A stretch of DNA of 64,000 nucleotides, from assembly GCA_963780225.1 (NCBI GenBank), contig CAWAAX010000027.1, positions 1-64,000 on the forward strand, written 5' to 3'. Under the pieces are notes generated by a model. The model did no database searches, was not told where the DNA came from, and saw nothing but the letters and a program-made list of their open reading frames with translations. This DNA is from an uncultured bacterium (GTDB lineage: Bacteria > Edwardsbacteria > AC1 > EtOH8). The position numbers and the translations under genes were made by a program. Of the stretch, positions 39,874 to 50,364 are shown one piece after another; the stretch's first letter is position 1, and every line of letters begins with the position of its first letter.

Positions 39874-41094
39874 TCAAACATCAATAACCGCCGCGCTCTT
39901 TCCCGCCACCTGCCCCGAACTCCAGGCCCACTGCAGGTTATAACCTCCGGTATCACCGTCCACATCCAGGATCTCCCCGGCAAAGTAAAGCCCGGTGATT
40001 TTTTTTGATTCCAGCGTCCCGGGAATGACTTCGCGCAGGTCCACCCCGCCCACCGTTACCTGGGCTTCCTTGAAAGGCCTGACAGACTTTACCTTCATCG
40101 GCCAGGCGGTAAGGTTGGCAGATAGTTTTTTTATCTCGGCTTCCGAAAGACGGACGGTATCTTTTTCCGGATCTATCCTGGACTCCCTAACCAGCATCTG
40201 GCCGATCTTCTGGGGCAGCAGGCCGTTGAACAATTCCTGGGCCGGCCGGGGACTGATGCGCCTGGTCCGTTTTGACAGGAAGGATATCATCTCCGGGCCG
40301 GTCTGTCCCGGCACAAAGTTCAGGAAGCACTGCTTGCGGCCTTCCCCCAGCAGCCGGCTGCTCTTCAAGGCCAGCGGCCCGGAGAGGCCGTATTTGGTGA
40401 ACAAACCCTCGTCGGTCAGCTGTAGCACCTTCTTTGAACCTTCCCAAATGCTTAGGTCCATGTCCAGCCGGATGCCCTGAAGTTTGTGGAACCAATTACC
40501 CTCCAGTTCCAGTGAGGCCAGGGCCGACCTTAAGGGCGTGATGTTGTGCCCCAGCTGCCCGGCCAGCTGGTACCCACCCTCCCCGCCCCCCAGCTGGGGC
40601 GCGGCCGCCCCGCCACAGGTCAGGATCACGGCCTGGGCCGGGTGCGATTCCCCCCTCTGGTGTAGTAAAAAGCCGGTCTTGTTCTTTTTGATCCCCACTA
40701 TCTCTGAATGCAGTCTGACCTCCACACCCAAACGCTCCAATTCCCTTTCCAGCGCCAAAAGCACCGAGGGCGCCTCGTTGGATCTGGGGAAATAGCGGCC
40801 CCGGGCATCGCAGTAATATTCTATCCCCAGTTCATTGAAAAAATCCAGGGTCTGCTGCAGTTCAAACTGGGCAAGTACCATGTCGGCCACCGCCGGAACC
40901 TGGGCGTGGAAGTGTTTTGGCGCCAGGTCGCGGTTGGTGAAATTGCAGCGTCCGTTGCCGGTGGCTAAAAGTTTGCGGCCCAGGGAGTGGTCCTTCTCCC
41001 ATAGCCGCACTTTGGCCCCGCCCCGGGCGGCGGCAATAGCCGCCATCATCCCCGAGGCCCCGCCGCCTATTATCGATATTTCTTTTTTTGACAT
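39874..41094 (-). CDS. HI0933/BaiN-family flavoprotein
   Basis: GRKLLATGNGRCNFTN, GEILDVDGDTGGYNLQWAWSSG. Confidence 0.92.
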   Translation of the reverse strand: MSKKEISIIGGGASGMMAAIAAARGGAKVRLWEKDHSLGRKLLATGNGRCNFTNRDLAPKHFHAQVPAVADMVLAQFELQQTLDFFNELGIEYYCDARGRYFPRSNEAPSVLLALERELERLGVEVRLHSEIVGIKKNKTGFLLHQRGESHPAQAVILTCGGAAAPQLGGGEGGYQLAGQLGHNITPLRSALASLELEGNWFHKLQGIRLDMDLSIWEGSKKVLQLTDEGLFTKYGLSGPLALKSSRLLGEGRKQCFLNFVPGQTGPEMISFLSKRTRRISPRPAQELFNGLLPQKIGQMLVRESRIDPEKDTVRLSEAEIKKLSANLTAWPMKVKSVRPFKEAQVTVGGVDLREVIPGTLESKKITGLYFAGEILDVDGDTGGYNLQWAWSSGQVAGKSAAVIDV

Positions 41095-41100
41095 TACCTC

Positions 41101-41226
41101 TAAGCTCTAAGCTGTATGCTGTATGCTGTATGCTATATGCTATATGCTATACCCTATACCCTATACCCTAGACCCTAGACCCTAGACCCTAGACCCTATA
41201 CCCTGTCATCTGTTCCCTGTTCCCTG
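41101..41226. repeat. 18 tandem 7-mers with stepwise sequence drift
   Basis: TAAGCTC, TAAGCTG, TATGCTG x2, TATGCTA x3, TACCCTA x3, GACCCTA x4, TACCCTG, TCATCTG, TTCCCTG x2. Confidence 0.9.
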
Positions 41227-41862
41227 CGTTTTGAGCCATTCCAGCCATTTGTCCAAGCCGTCACCTGTCTTGCAGGAGAGTCTGAAGATCGGAACGTTCG
41301 GATTGAGCCTTCTGATGTCATGCTCGGCCTTTTCAATGTCAAAGTCCACCGCCTGCAGCAGGTCTGTCTTGTTGATGATCACCGCCTGGGCCTCCGAAAA
41401 GATCAGCGGATACTTGGCCGGCTTGTCGTGGCCTTCGGGGGTGGACAGCACCACCACTTTCAGTTCTTCGCCCAGGTCAAACTCGGCCGGACAGACCAGG
41501 TTCCCCACGTTCTCGATGAACAGATATTTCAGGCCGTCCAGGTCCAGGCTGCTTAAGACCGAGTCTATCATGTGGGCATCCAGATGGCACCCGCCCTCGG
41601 TGTTGATCTGAACCACCGGAACCCCCAGGGACTCTATCCTCCTGGCATCGTGGTCCCCGGTGATGTCGCCCTCGATCACCGCCAGCTTGTATTTTGGAAA
41701 CAGGCCCTTGATGGTCTGCTCCAGAAAAGTGGTCTTGCCGGCCCCGGGCGAGGCGATCAGGTTCAGCGCCAGGATCTTCCGGGACCTGAACCACTGCCGG
41801 TTCAAGGCGGCCTGGGACAGGTTCTCGTCCATGATGTTCTTTAAGATCTTTATCTCAGCCAT
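41206..41862 (-). CDS. hypB: Nickel incorporation GTPase HypB
   Basis: SPGAGKT, GCHLDA, ENVGNLVCPAEFDLGE, NKTD. Confidence 0.95.
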   Translation of the reverse strand: MAEIKILKNIMDENLSQAALNRQWFRSRKILALNLIASPGAGKTTFLEQTIKGLFPKYKLAVIEGDITGDHDARRIESLGVPVVQINTEGGCHLDAHMIDSVLSSLDLDGLKYLFIENVGNLVCPAEFDLGEELKVVVLSTPEGHDKPAKYPLIFSEAQAVIINKTDLLQAVDFDIEKAEHDIRRLNPNVPIFRLSCKTGDGLDKWLEWLKTQGTGNR

Positions 41863-42202
41863 TGTCCACTTCCATGCTGTCTATGTACATTTCCCGGCCC
41901 CCGGCTATTTGAACGTTAATTGAGCCGCAATGGGCGCAACCCAATCCCAGGTCCTGCTGTTCCGATTCCTTTTGGCACTCCCGGCAGAGAACTTTGACCG
42001 GCACCCACTCTATCTTCAGCCCGGCCCCCTGGGCGATGGTGCCGGAGGCCAGCAGGTTGAAATTCATCTCCACCGCCTCGGGCACATAGCCGGTCAGCCG
42101 GCCGATCTTAAGATTGATCCGGGATACTTTCACCGCCCCGGCTTTTTGGGCCTGCTCCAGCACTATCTTGAAAAGGCTCTGGGTGATGGCCAGTTCGTGC
42201 AT
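41855..42202 (-). CDS. hypA: Nickel metallochaperone HypA
   Basis: MHE N-terminus, two CxxC, GREM. Confidence 0.95.
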   Translation of the reverse strand: MHELAITQSLFKIVLEQAQKAGAVKVSRINLKIGRLTGYVPEAVEMNFNLLASGTIAQGAGLKIEWVPVKVLCRECQKESEQQDLGLGCAHCGSINVQIAGGREMYIDSMEVDNG

Positions 42203-44703
42203 CAGCGGGTCTTTTTAAGCTTGATGAGCTCGCCCCTTGCATTTTCGTCGCCGGGATTGCGGGCCAGCCATTGCTCCAAGGTGGCGATGGCCTGGGCGGT
42301 GTTGTTTTGGGCCAAATAGAAGGTGTACAGCCGGCCGTATCCCTCGCCTAAATTGGGATTGATCTGGATGCCTTTCTTGTAATAATATTCGGCCGAGTCC
42401 TGCACCCCTGCCTGCTGAAAGGACATTCCCATCTGCATCAGGATATAGGGGTTGGCCGGGTCCTTCTGCATCACTTTGCGGAAATAACCCAAGGCCTTTG
42501 GGAAATCGCCCAGTTCGGCGTAGGTCACCCCCAGCCAGTTCAGGCCGGCCGATTCCTCAGGCATTATGTTGTGGGCCTGCTCGAATTGCTGGACTGCCTG
42601 CATCTGCAGTTCCTTGGACTCCTGAAGCCGGTTGTTCTGGCGGGCCTGGTCGGCCTGGCGGCGCAGGGCCATCCCCAGGTTCCAGTAGGTCACCGCGTAA
42701 TTTCCCAGCAGCCGCTGGGTGTTCTCGTCCTTGAACACCTTGGGATCGGTCAGGCCCCGCATCTTGTATACATTGTTCAGATTATTTTGGGTAACCTGGA
42801 TGTTGGGCTGTTTTTTGGAGGAGCTGTCCGGCAGTATCCGGTAAAGCATGCCTTCAAATGAGAGATAATTTTCCAGCCCGGTCAGGTTGTCGTCCGAGAC
42901 CGTGGCTGCAAAGTAGATGGGATATTGCTCCTGATAATCCTTGCCGAAGACCAGGGCGGCGAATTCTTTGGGCGGGGCCAGCACCTGGGCAAAAGAAAGT
43001 TTTTTTCCGGAGTTGGCCGCGATGATCAGCCGGACTGCTATGTCGGATATTTTGAAGATCTGACCATCTTTGGTGCGTGCAGGGAAATTATATTTTAGCT
43101 GGTCAATCTGATAATCCGAGATATCCATAGGCACGCCGTTCTGCTTCATCTGCTTAAGGTACCATTCGGTGTTTCCCAGGGAAAGGTTGACGATCCGTAC
43201 GTCCTTGCGAACCCTCCAGACCTCCTGCACGAACCAGACCGGGAAGGTGTCGTTGTCGCCGTTGGTGAAGATGATGCCGCCGGGCAGGGCCGACTGCAGG
43301 ATGTTGTAGCCGTAGTCCGCCGGGATCCAGTTGTTGGAGCGGTCCTTCTCGTGATAGTACCTTTTGACGTTGAACAGGCCAACCCCCAGCAGGATCACAC
43401 CCAAAGCAATGATGGCATAGCGGGTCCATTCTTTAGCGTATTTGGCCAGCAGTTCCCGCACCAGGTGCATCAGCCGCCAGGTGCCCATCCCGATCCAGAT
43501 GGCGAAGAACAGGTAGCAGGGCGCATAGATATAGTCCCGGTCGCGGGGCTGGGGATTTCCCATGTTCAGGTAGACCACCAAGCCCAGGCCGGTGATCAGG
43601 AAGGCCGGTCCCACCAGGGAAAAGCTTTTATCTTTGCGCTTGAGCAGGTGAAAGAAACCGAAGACGATGGCCAAAGCTATCAAAATTGCGGCCAGGGGGC
43701 TGCCCTGGAAAACGCCCAAGAGAATGCCGCCCACCAAAAGAACCAAAGCTGCGGTGGAGAGCTTCTTGTCCTCTCCCTCCCACAGGTGCATCAGGGCCCC
43801 GAAGATGCCCAAGGCCATGGAGACCACGTTGAACTGCCACTTGAAATAGCGGAAGAACATGTGGTTGAACTGGTACATGAAGTCGGCCTTGCGCTGAAAG
43901 AAATTGAATGGCTCGTACTGTTTACGCTGCAGCACGTACATCATTGAATCCCAGTCACGAGGGGCGCATTCATTGATGCCCGGATTGAGGTTGGACCGCA
44001 CCAGCAGATAAGCATTGATGGTCAGGGCCAGGAAGAACAACACCACGCCTATCAGCCAGATCTTCCAGTCCATCAGGGCCTTCCAGTCCACCATCAGGAT
44101 GAAGATCAGGATCGGCAGGGCCGCCAACAGAGTGGCCATATGGCTGGCCCAACCCAGGCCGAACAAGAAAGCTAAAAGCAGAATGACCTTGCGGTTGCCC
44201 ACCTGCCCCATGTTGTCCCGCCAGCGCATGGCCAGCCAGACCGTCAGGGTCAAGGTGAACATGGCCAGGCCGTAAACCTCGGCTTCGACTGAATTATCCC
44301 ACCAGGTGGGGGCGAAAGCTAAAAAGATGGCGCCCACCGCCCCGCTTAAATGAAGCATCAACCGTTCCAACTCGTCCTTGGGCTCGCCCCGCCACAAGAC
44401 GATCAGCTTGACGGTCAAAAGATAGACGAAAGCCACCGTGGCGGCTGAGAACAGCGGCGAGAGCAGGTTGATCCGGGCCGCGATCTCGGGCAGGAACTGG
44501 AACATCAGGATGGTGGTCCGGCCGATCACCGCGTAGAGGGGATATCCCGGGGGATGGGGAATGCCCAGGATGTTGGAGATGGCGATGAATTCCCCGCAGT
44601 CCCAGAACGAGGTGGTGGCGGCCATGGTCTTGACGTAGATGACGAAAGCCGTCAAAAACACGCCCAGCCCGGTTAGCAGCCTGATCTTGGTTTCCTTCTG
44701 CAT
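42202..44703 (-). CDS. DUF2723/TMEM260-like GT-C membrane protein with C-terminal TPRs
   Basis: FWDCGEFI..LGIPHPPGYPLY, EAEVY, FTNGDNDTFPVW. Confidence 0.85.
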   Translation of the reverse strand: MQKETKIRLLTGLGVFLTAFVIYVKTMAATTSFWDCGEFIAISNILGIPHPPGYPLYAVIGRTTILMFQFLPEIAARINLLSPLFSAATVAFVYLLTVKLIVLWRGEPKDELERLMLHLSGAVGAIFLAFAPTWWDNSVEAEVYGLAMFTLTLTVWLAMRWRDNMGQVGNRKVILLLAFLFGLGWASHMATLLAALPILIFILMVDWKALMDWKIWLIGVVLFFLALTINAYLLVRSNLNPGINECAPRDWDSMMYVLQRKQYEPFNFFQRKADFMYQFNHMFFRYFKWQFNVVSMALGIFGALMHLWEGEDKKLSTAALVLLVGGILLGVFQGSPLAAILIALAIVFGFFHLLKRKDKSFSLVGPAFLITGLGLVVYLNMGNPQPRDRDYIYAPCYLFFAIWIGMGTWRLMHLVRELLAKYAKEWTRYAIIALGVILLGVGLFNVKRYYHEKDRSNNWIPADYGYNILQSALPGGIIFTNGDNDTFPVWFVQEVWRVRKDVRIVNLSLGNTEWYLKQMKQNGVPMDISDYQIDQLKYNFPARTKDGQIFKISDIAVRLIIAANSGKKLSFAQVLAPPKEFAALVFGKDYQEQYPIYFAATVSDDNLTGLENYLSFEGMLYRILPDSSSKKQPNIQVTQNNLNNVYKMRGLTDPKVFKDENTQRLLGNYAVTYWNLGMALRRQADQARQNNRLQESKELQMQAVQQFEQAHNIMPEESAGLNWLGVTYAELGDFPKALGYFRKVMQKDPANPYILMQMGMSFQQAGVQDSAEYYYKKGIQINPNLGEGYGRLYTFYLAQNNTAQAIATLEQWLARNPGDENARGELIKLKKTR

Positions 44704-44766
44704 TTAACTGATGCTCCTTGCTGTGGATTAAGGATGAAGTATATCTGATTTATAAGTTAATTCCGA

Positions 44767-44900
44767 AAAATCCTAATGTCTAATGTCGAAATCCTAAACA
44801 AGCTCCAAAACCAGAAATCCTAAAATGCAAACCGTTTAGAGTTTGTGATGTTTTGAATATTTGCATTTGTTTAAGATTTAGGGTTTAGTATTTAGAAATT
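44767..44900. repeat. Inverted-arm degenerate heptamer element (also at 55727-55908 and 57059-57192)
   Basis: AAATCCTAAT-TCTAAT-TCGAA..CTAAACAA left arm and TTTGTTT..GATTTAG..TTTAG right arm. Confidence 0.7.
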
Positions 44901-44906
44901 GGTCCT

Positions 44907-45740
44907 TCAGGTCCCCTGGTAGCTCTGGGCCGGCTGCTCGGGAACGGCCTCCACCTTGGCATGCAGGGACCGGGTCAGCGCCTTTTTAAGCTCGGCAGAG
45001 TCGGCTAATTTTGCCAGTCTCCCGTAGCGGCAAAGCGAGATGGCCTGGTTCTCCTCGGACACCACCACCGCCACCGCATCGGTCTCCAGGGTCAGGCCGT
45101 GGGCAGCCCGGTGCCGCATCCCGTAGCTGGCGGTTATCTCCGGATCCTGGGACACCGGCAGGGTGCAGCCGGCCGATATGATCATGTCGCCCCGGATGAT
45201 CACCGCGCCGTCGTGGAGGGGCCCGCCGGGGACGAACAGGGACATCAGCAGGGGCTCGGAGACCTTGGCCCCGATCTCGGTGCCGGTGTCGCTGAAATTC
45301 TTAAGCCCATCGTTCTTCTCGAAGACGATGATGGCCCCGAATCCCCTCTGGGAAAGGGTCTGGCAGGCCCGGGCCACTTCGTCGATGGCCTTGGCCTCGC
45401 CCTTGAGGAAGATCCCCAGAAAGCGGTTGCGCCCCAGCTGGGTCAGGGCGTTGCGGATCTCGGGTTGGAATAAGATGACAAAGGCCACCACCCACAGGGA
45501 TTTTAATGAGTCCATGAACCAGCCGGTGCCGGGCAGACTGTAAAGCTGGGCCGCTATCCCGATCACCACCAGCACCATCACCCCGAACAGCATCTGGATG
45601 GCCCGGGTGCCCTTCATCAGGTGAAATATTCTGAAGATGATGTAGGATACCAGCAGGATGTCCAGGATGTCCAGAGGCCGCACCGTCAGGAATGACAGGG
45701 CCCCCGGCAGATGGTAGGTGAAATTTAATCTTTCGATCAT
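44907..45740 (-). CDS. cdaA: Diadenylate cyclase
   Basis: 3 TM, FQPEIR, PLHDGAV, GMRHRAA, VVSEE. Confidence 0.92.
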   Translation of the reverse strand: MIERLNFTYHLPGALSFLTVRPLDILDILLVSYIIFRIFHLMKGTRAIQMLFGVMVLVVIGIAAQLYSLPGTGWFMDSLKSLWVVAFVILFQPEIRNALTQLGRNRFLGIFLKGEAKAIDEVARACQTLSQRGFGAIIVFEKNDGLKNFSDTGTEIGAKVSEPLLMSLFVPGGPLHDGAVIIRGDMIISAGCTLPVSQDPEITASYGMRHRAAHGLTLETDAVAVVVSEENQAISLCRYGRLAKLADSAELKKALTRSLHAKVEAVPEQPAQSYQGT

Positions 45741-46573
45741 ATATTCTTTACGGCTTGGTAGACTATAAAGGCCTGGACTGTTTCTTTTACATCGTGGCAG
45801 CGAATAACAGAAGCTCCGTTCTGAACGGCCAGCAGGGCGGCCGCCAGGCTGCCGGGAAGCCGCTCGGAGGCCGGTATGTCATTGTTCAGTTTGCCGATGA
45901 ACGATTTCCGGGAAACGCCTACAACCAGAGGGCAATTGAATCTCTTGAAATATTCCAGATCCTTGATCAAGCTCAGGTTGTGTTCCACGGTCTTGCCGAA
46001 ACCGATGCCCGGGTCTATGGCCATTGTCTCATGCTTGATCCCGGCTTCCGCCGCCATCTTTATCGAGGCCTTCAGATAGGAGCCTACCTCGGCCAGCAGG
46101 TCGTCATATTGGGGATCTGTCTGCATGTTCTCCGGCGTGCCTTTGATGTGCATCAGCACCAGGCCTGCCTTGGCAGCAGAAACGGTGCGCGCCATTTCGG
46201 GATCGAAGTTTAGGCCGGAGATATCGTTGACTATGGAGGCCCCGGCCTCCAGCGCCTCTTTGGCCACTTGTGACTTGTAAGTGTCTATCGAGACCGGTAG
46301 TTTTAGTTTTGACGACAGTTGTTCTATTACCGGCAGCACCCTCTGCAGTTCCTCGTCCAATGATATCTTCTGTGCCCCAGGCCGGGTGGACTCCCCGCCG
46401 ATGTCAATGATGTCTGCGCCCTCTGCGGCCATCCGCAGGCCCTGTTCCACTGCGGTCTTGGGATCAAGGTATCTGCCGCCGTCGGAGAAGGAATCCGGTG
46501 TGACGTTGAGGATGCCCATCACCAGGGGCCTGTGACTTACGTCAAGTTTATATTTGCCGCACTGCCAGATCAT
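45737..46573 (-). CDS. folP: Dihydropteroate synthase
   Basis: MGILNVTPDSFSDGG, GGESTRPG, SRKSF. Confidence 0.97.
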   Translation of the reverse strand: MIWQCGKYKLDVSHRPLVMGILNVTPDSFSDGGRYLDPKTAVEQGLRMAAEGADIIDIGGESTRPGAQKISLDEELQRVLPVIEQLSSKLKLPVSIDTYKSQVAKEALEAGASIVNDISGLNFDPEMARTVSAAKAGLVLMHIKGTPENMQTDPQYDDLLAEVGSYLKASIKMAAEAGIKHETMAIDPGIGFGKTVEHNLSLIKDLEYFKRFNCPLVVGVSRKSFIGKLNNDIPASERLPGSLAAALLAVQNGASVIRCHDVKETVQAFIVYQAVKNI

Positions 46574-46670
46574 CTGTTGTCTGCCAATCTGCAAGCATAA
46601 AGCTTATAGCTTATAGCTTACAGCCTTAAGCTTTATGTTTTAGGTGTTTTCGTGATTTTTAGTGGGCAGT

Positions 46671-47261
46671 TTATCCCCGCCCCTTTATCAGCGACAGCGC
46701 CTCCAGCCGGGTCGACTCTCGTTTCATCCCGCCCCGGATGGCCGAGGTGACCACGGATGAGCCCGGCTTTTTCACCCCCCGCATGGTCAGGCACAGATGC
46801 TCCGCCTCAACTACGACCAGCACGCCCAGAGGTTTCAGTTTTTTCATCAAAAGATCTGCAATGTCCGCGGCCAGGCGCTCCTGTAGCTGCAGCCTTTTGG
46901 ACATGACCTCCACCACCTTCACCAAACTGGAGAACCCGGTGATCTTGTTGTTGCGCGGAATGTAGGCGATGTGGACCCGGCCGAAGAACGGCAGCAGGTG
47001 GTGCTCGCAGAGCGAATGGAAGGTGATGTCCTTAACCAGGATCATCTCGTCCTCGTTCTTGGCGGTGTAGACCTTCAGCTCGTCGATGGGATCGGCCGAC
47101 ATGCCCGACATTACCTCCTCGTACATCCGGGCCACCCGGCAGGGAGTGTCCAGCAGGCCCTCCCGCCGGGGATCCTCGCCGATGGCCAGCAGCAGGTCCC
47201 TGACCGCTTGCTCTATCTTCGGCCCGTTCAAGGTTTTTATCTTAACTTTGGGCTTTGCCAT
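46671..47261 (-). CDS. folE: GTP cyclohydrolase I
   Basis: SLCEHHLLPF, QLQERL, HLCLTMRG. Confidence 0.97.
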   Translation of the reverse strand: MAKPKVKIKTLNGPKIEQAVRDLLLAIGEDPRREGLLDTPCRVARMYEEVMSGMSADPIDELKVYTAKNEDEMILVKDITFHSLCEHHLLPFFGRVHIAYIPRNNKITGFSSLVKVVEVMSKRLQLQERLAADIADLLMKKLKPLGVLVVVEAEHLCLTMRGVKKPGSSVVTSAIRGGMKRESTRLEALSLIKGRG

Positions 47262-49194
47262 TCTGCTTCTTCTCTTCCCCGTTCTTGTCGTTGGTCTTTG
47301 TTTCCCGGGCCGGCAGGGTCTGGCCCTTGATGATCAGCTCCACCTGCTCGCCGTCCAGGCATTCCCGCTCCAGCAGGGCGGCGGCCAGGTTCTCCAAAAT
47401 CTTCCGGTTATCCTTCAGCAGTTTGGATGCCTTTTGGTTGGCGCCGTCCACCAGGGTCCGGATCTCGGAGTCTATCAGTTCGGCAGTCTGTTCGGAATAG
47501 TTCTTGATATGGCCGTAATCCCGGCCCAGGAATATCTCTTCATCCTTTTTCCCGAAAGTCACCGGCCCAAGTTTCCGGCTCATCCCCCATTCGCAAACCA
47601 TCTTGCGGGACAGCTCGGTAGCCTGCTCGATATCATTGCCCGATCCGGTGGAGAGGTCCTTGAATATCAGCATCTCGGCTGCCCGGCCGCCCAGCATGAT
47701 GGCCATCCGGTTAAGGCACCAGGTCCGGGAGTAGTTGTGCTTTTCGTCGGTGGGTAGGGAGACGGTCACCCCCATGGCCCGTCCCCGGGGGATGATGGTC
47801 ACTTTGTGGATGGGGTCGGTGTCCTTGGTCAGCCGGCTGACCAGGGTGTGCCCGGCCTCGTGGTAGGCGGTCATCTTCTTCTCGTCGTCGGTGATCACCA
47901 TGCTCTTGCGCTCGGCCCCCATCAGCACCTTGTCCTTGGCCTCCTCCATGTCCTGCATGTAGACCTTGTCGTGGTTCTTGCGGGCCGCCAGCAGGGCGGC
48001 CTCGTTGACCATGTTGGCGATGTCGGCCCCGGAAAAACCCGGGGTGCCCCGGGCCAGTATCTTCAGGTCCACGTCAGCAGCCAGGGGCTTGTTCTTGGTA
48101 TGGACCTTCAATATACCCTCCCGGCCCACCACGTCCGGCCGGTCCACCACTATCACCCGGTCAAAGCGCCCCGGGCGCATCAAGGCCGGATCCAGCACGT
48201 CGGGCCGGTTGGTGGCAGCCAGGATGATCACACCCTCGTTGCCGGCAAAACCGTCCATCTCCACCAGCAGGGCGTTCAGGGTTTGCTCCCGCTCGTCGTG
48301 GCCCCCGCCCATCCCGGCCCCCCGGTGGCGGCCCACCGCGTCTATCTCGTCGATGAAGATGATGCAGGGGGCGCTGCGCTTGCCCTGTTCGAACAGGTCC
48401 CGCACCCGGGCCGCCCCCACTCCCACGAACATCTCCACGAAGTCCGAACCGGAGATGGAGAAGAACGGCACCCCGGCCTCACCGGCCACCGCCCGGGCCA
48501 GCAGGGTCTTGCCCGTGCCGGGAGAGCCTAGTAGCAATGCCCCCTTGGGGATCTTGCCGCCCAGCTTGGTGAACTTTTTGGGCTCCTTCAGAAATTCTAT
48601 TATCTCCCGAAGGTCGGTTTTGGCCTCGTCGGCTCCGGCTACGTCGCTGAAAGTAACTTTAATCTTGTCCTGGGAAAGCTTGGCCTTGCTTTTACCGAAG
48701 TTGAAGACGCCTTTCTGTCCGCCCTGCATCTGGCGCATGAACAGGAACCACAGCACGCCCAGCACTATCAGAAAACCGTAGTTCATCAGGAATGCCACCA
48801 GGCCGCTGGGCTCGGTGGACAGAGCCTTGATCCTGACGCCCCGGGCCTCCAGCTCAGCTATCAGGTTCGGGTCCTCGATCGGCAGAAAGGTCTTGAACTT
48901 GGGGTATTCCAGCCTGACCCCGGCCTTGACCTCCATCTTGGTGGACTTGAAGTTTCCCTTGACCTCACGCCCGGTGAAGATCACCTGGGTGATGTTCCCG
49001 GCGTTGAGCTCCTCCCGGAACTGGCTGTAGATGATGTCCATCTGCCGGTCCCTGGGCTTGGAGAACAGGTTGTACAGAGATATGGCCAGCATCACCAGTA
49101 TCACCCAGATCAGCACCGAACGTATGCCTTCGTTAAAACCCTTGGGGCCGGTGATCCTCTTAAGTCCCTTGCCGCCTTTATTCCCTTCCGCCAT
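47242..49194 (-). CDS. ftsH: ATP-dependent zinc metalloprotease FtsH
   Basis: [26 protein letters not shown]. Confidence 0.98.
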   Translation of the reverse strand: MAEGNKGGKGLKRITGPKGFNEGIRSVLIWVILVMLAISLYNLFSKPRDRQMDIIYSQFREELNAGNITQVIFTGREVKGNFKSTKMEVKAGVRLEYPKFKTFLPIEDPNLIAELEARGVRIKALSTEPSGLVAFLMNYGFLIVLGVLWFLFMRQMQGGQKGVFNFGKSKAKLSQDKIKVTFSDVAGADEAKTDLREIIEFLKEPKKFTKLGGKIPKGALLLGSPGTGKTLLARAVAGEAGVPFFSISGSDFVEMFVGVGAARVRDLFEQGKRSAPCIIFIDEIDAVGRHRGAGMGGGHDEREQTLNALLVEMDGFAGNEGVIILAATNRPDVLDPALMRPGRFDRVIVVDRPDVVGREGILKVHTKNKPLAADVDLKILARGTPGFSGADIANMVNEAALLAARKNHDKVYMQDMEEAKDKVLMGAERKSMVITDDEKKMTAYHEAGHTLVSRLTKDTDPIHKVTIIPRGRAMGVTVSLPTDEKHNYSRTWCLNRMAIMLGGRAAEMLIFKDLSTGSGNDIEQATELSRKMVCEWGMSRKLGPVTFGKKDEEIFLGRDYGHIKNYSEQTAELIDSEIRTLVDGANQKASKLLKDNRKILENLAAALLERECLDGEQVELIIKGQTLPARETKTNDKNGEEKKQNGKAQS

Positions 49195-49727
49195 TATTCC
49201 TCCTCAATCCAGCTTATGTAAGGCAGGTTACGATGGAGCTGATTGTGATCCAGCCCGTAACCCACCACGAATTTATCGGGGATGTTAAACCCCTTGTATT
49301 TTACCGGCACCTGCATCCGCCGCCGGTCCTTCTTTTCCAGCAGGGTGCAGACCTCGAGGGAAGCGGGGCGCCGGGTCCTTAAGTTCTTCAAGAGATAGGA
49401 CAGGGTCAGCCCGCTGTCCACGATGTCCTCCAACAAAAGCACATGCCGTCCCCGGATGCCGGTGGAGAGGTCATGGTTGAGCCGCACCACGCCGGAGGTC
49501 CTGGTGCTGCCCTTGTAGCTGGCCACTGCTATGAAATCCACCTCCACCGGGATTGAGATCTCCCGCAGCAGGTCGGCCATGAATACGAACGATCCCCGGA
49601 GCACGCCCACCAGGACCAGGTCCTTCCCCTTATAGTCGGATGAGATCTTCCGGGCCATCTGCTTTACTTTGGCTTGGATCCGGGCTTTGGAGATCAGCAC
49701 CCTGCGGGTCTTCAGTTTTTTATTCAC
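49194..49727 (-). CDS. hpt: Hypoxanthine phosphoribosyltransferase
   Basis: LEDIVDSGLT, FVVGYGLD. Confidence 0.95.
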   Translation of the reverse strand: MNKKLKTRRVLISKARIQAKVKQMARKISSDYKGKDLVLVGVLRGSFVFMADLLREISIPVEVDFIAVASYKGSTRTSGVVRLNHDLSTGIRGRHVLLLEDIVDSGLTLSYLLKNLRTRRPASLEVCTLLEKKDRRRMQVPVKYKGFNIPDKFVVGYGLDHNQLHRNLPYISWIEEE

Positions 49728-50364
49728 TTTAGCAAATTAAATTATTCACAAACCCTTCGTTAGTATAACCCGCCGCCCATACTCAGGACAGACCTTGGAG
49801 GAACAAACCGCATCGCTGCCTGGGTAATTTTTATAAGGAAACCAGGAAGCCATGAATTTATCGTTTTTCAATAGATTTTAATGATTATCCAATCAGCTCA
49901 GGAAACATGGAGAACATTAGGTGCCCGCCCCGGTTGTCGCGTTAAAACGATCAGTGAGCATCGCAGTTGATGGCGGTTAAAAGCTTGTCTGGTCTGTTTG
50001 AGGGCTTGGCCAAAGCCCGAGTTCAGACAAGCCCGTCATCAACGAGAAGCGCAGCGCGGACCCGCTGAAGCCTTGGCGTAAGCGTGGCCCGGAGAGTTTT
50101 AAGCGACGAGCTTTTTCTTTTGGTCCTTTGCTGGAGCCTGCCCTGAGAAGGCTATTTACCTTGCAAACGAAGGGGCGGTACAAAAAGAAAAGAACATAAT
50201 CGGATAAAATCTGCGTTTTCACCGCATTCATTATATTCTTTCTACTTTTCCTGATCAAGTTAGATAGTCATTTAGATTTTTTATAGTTACCGTTCTTCTA
50301 TGTATTTTTTTGAAACCATAAAGCCCCAAGTTTTCCTGCCTTCCTGGATTCCTTATAGTTTCCG

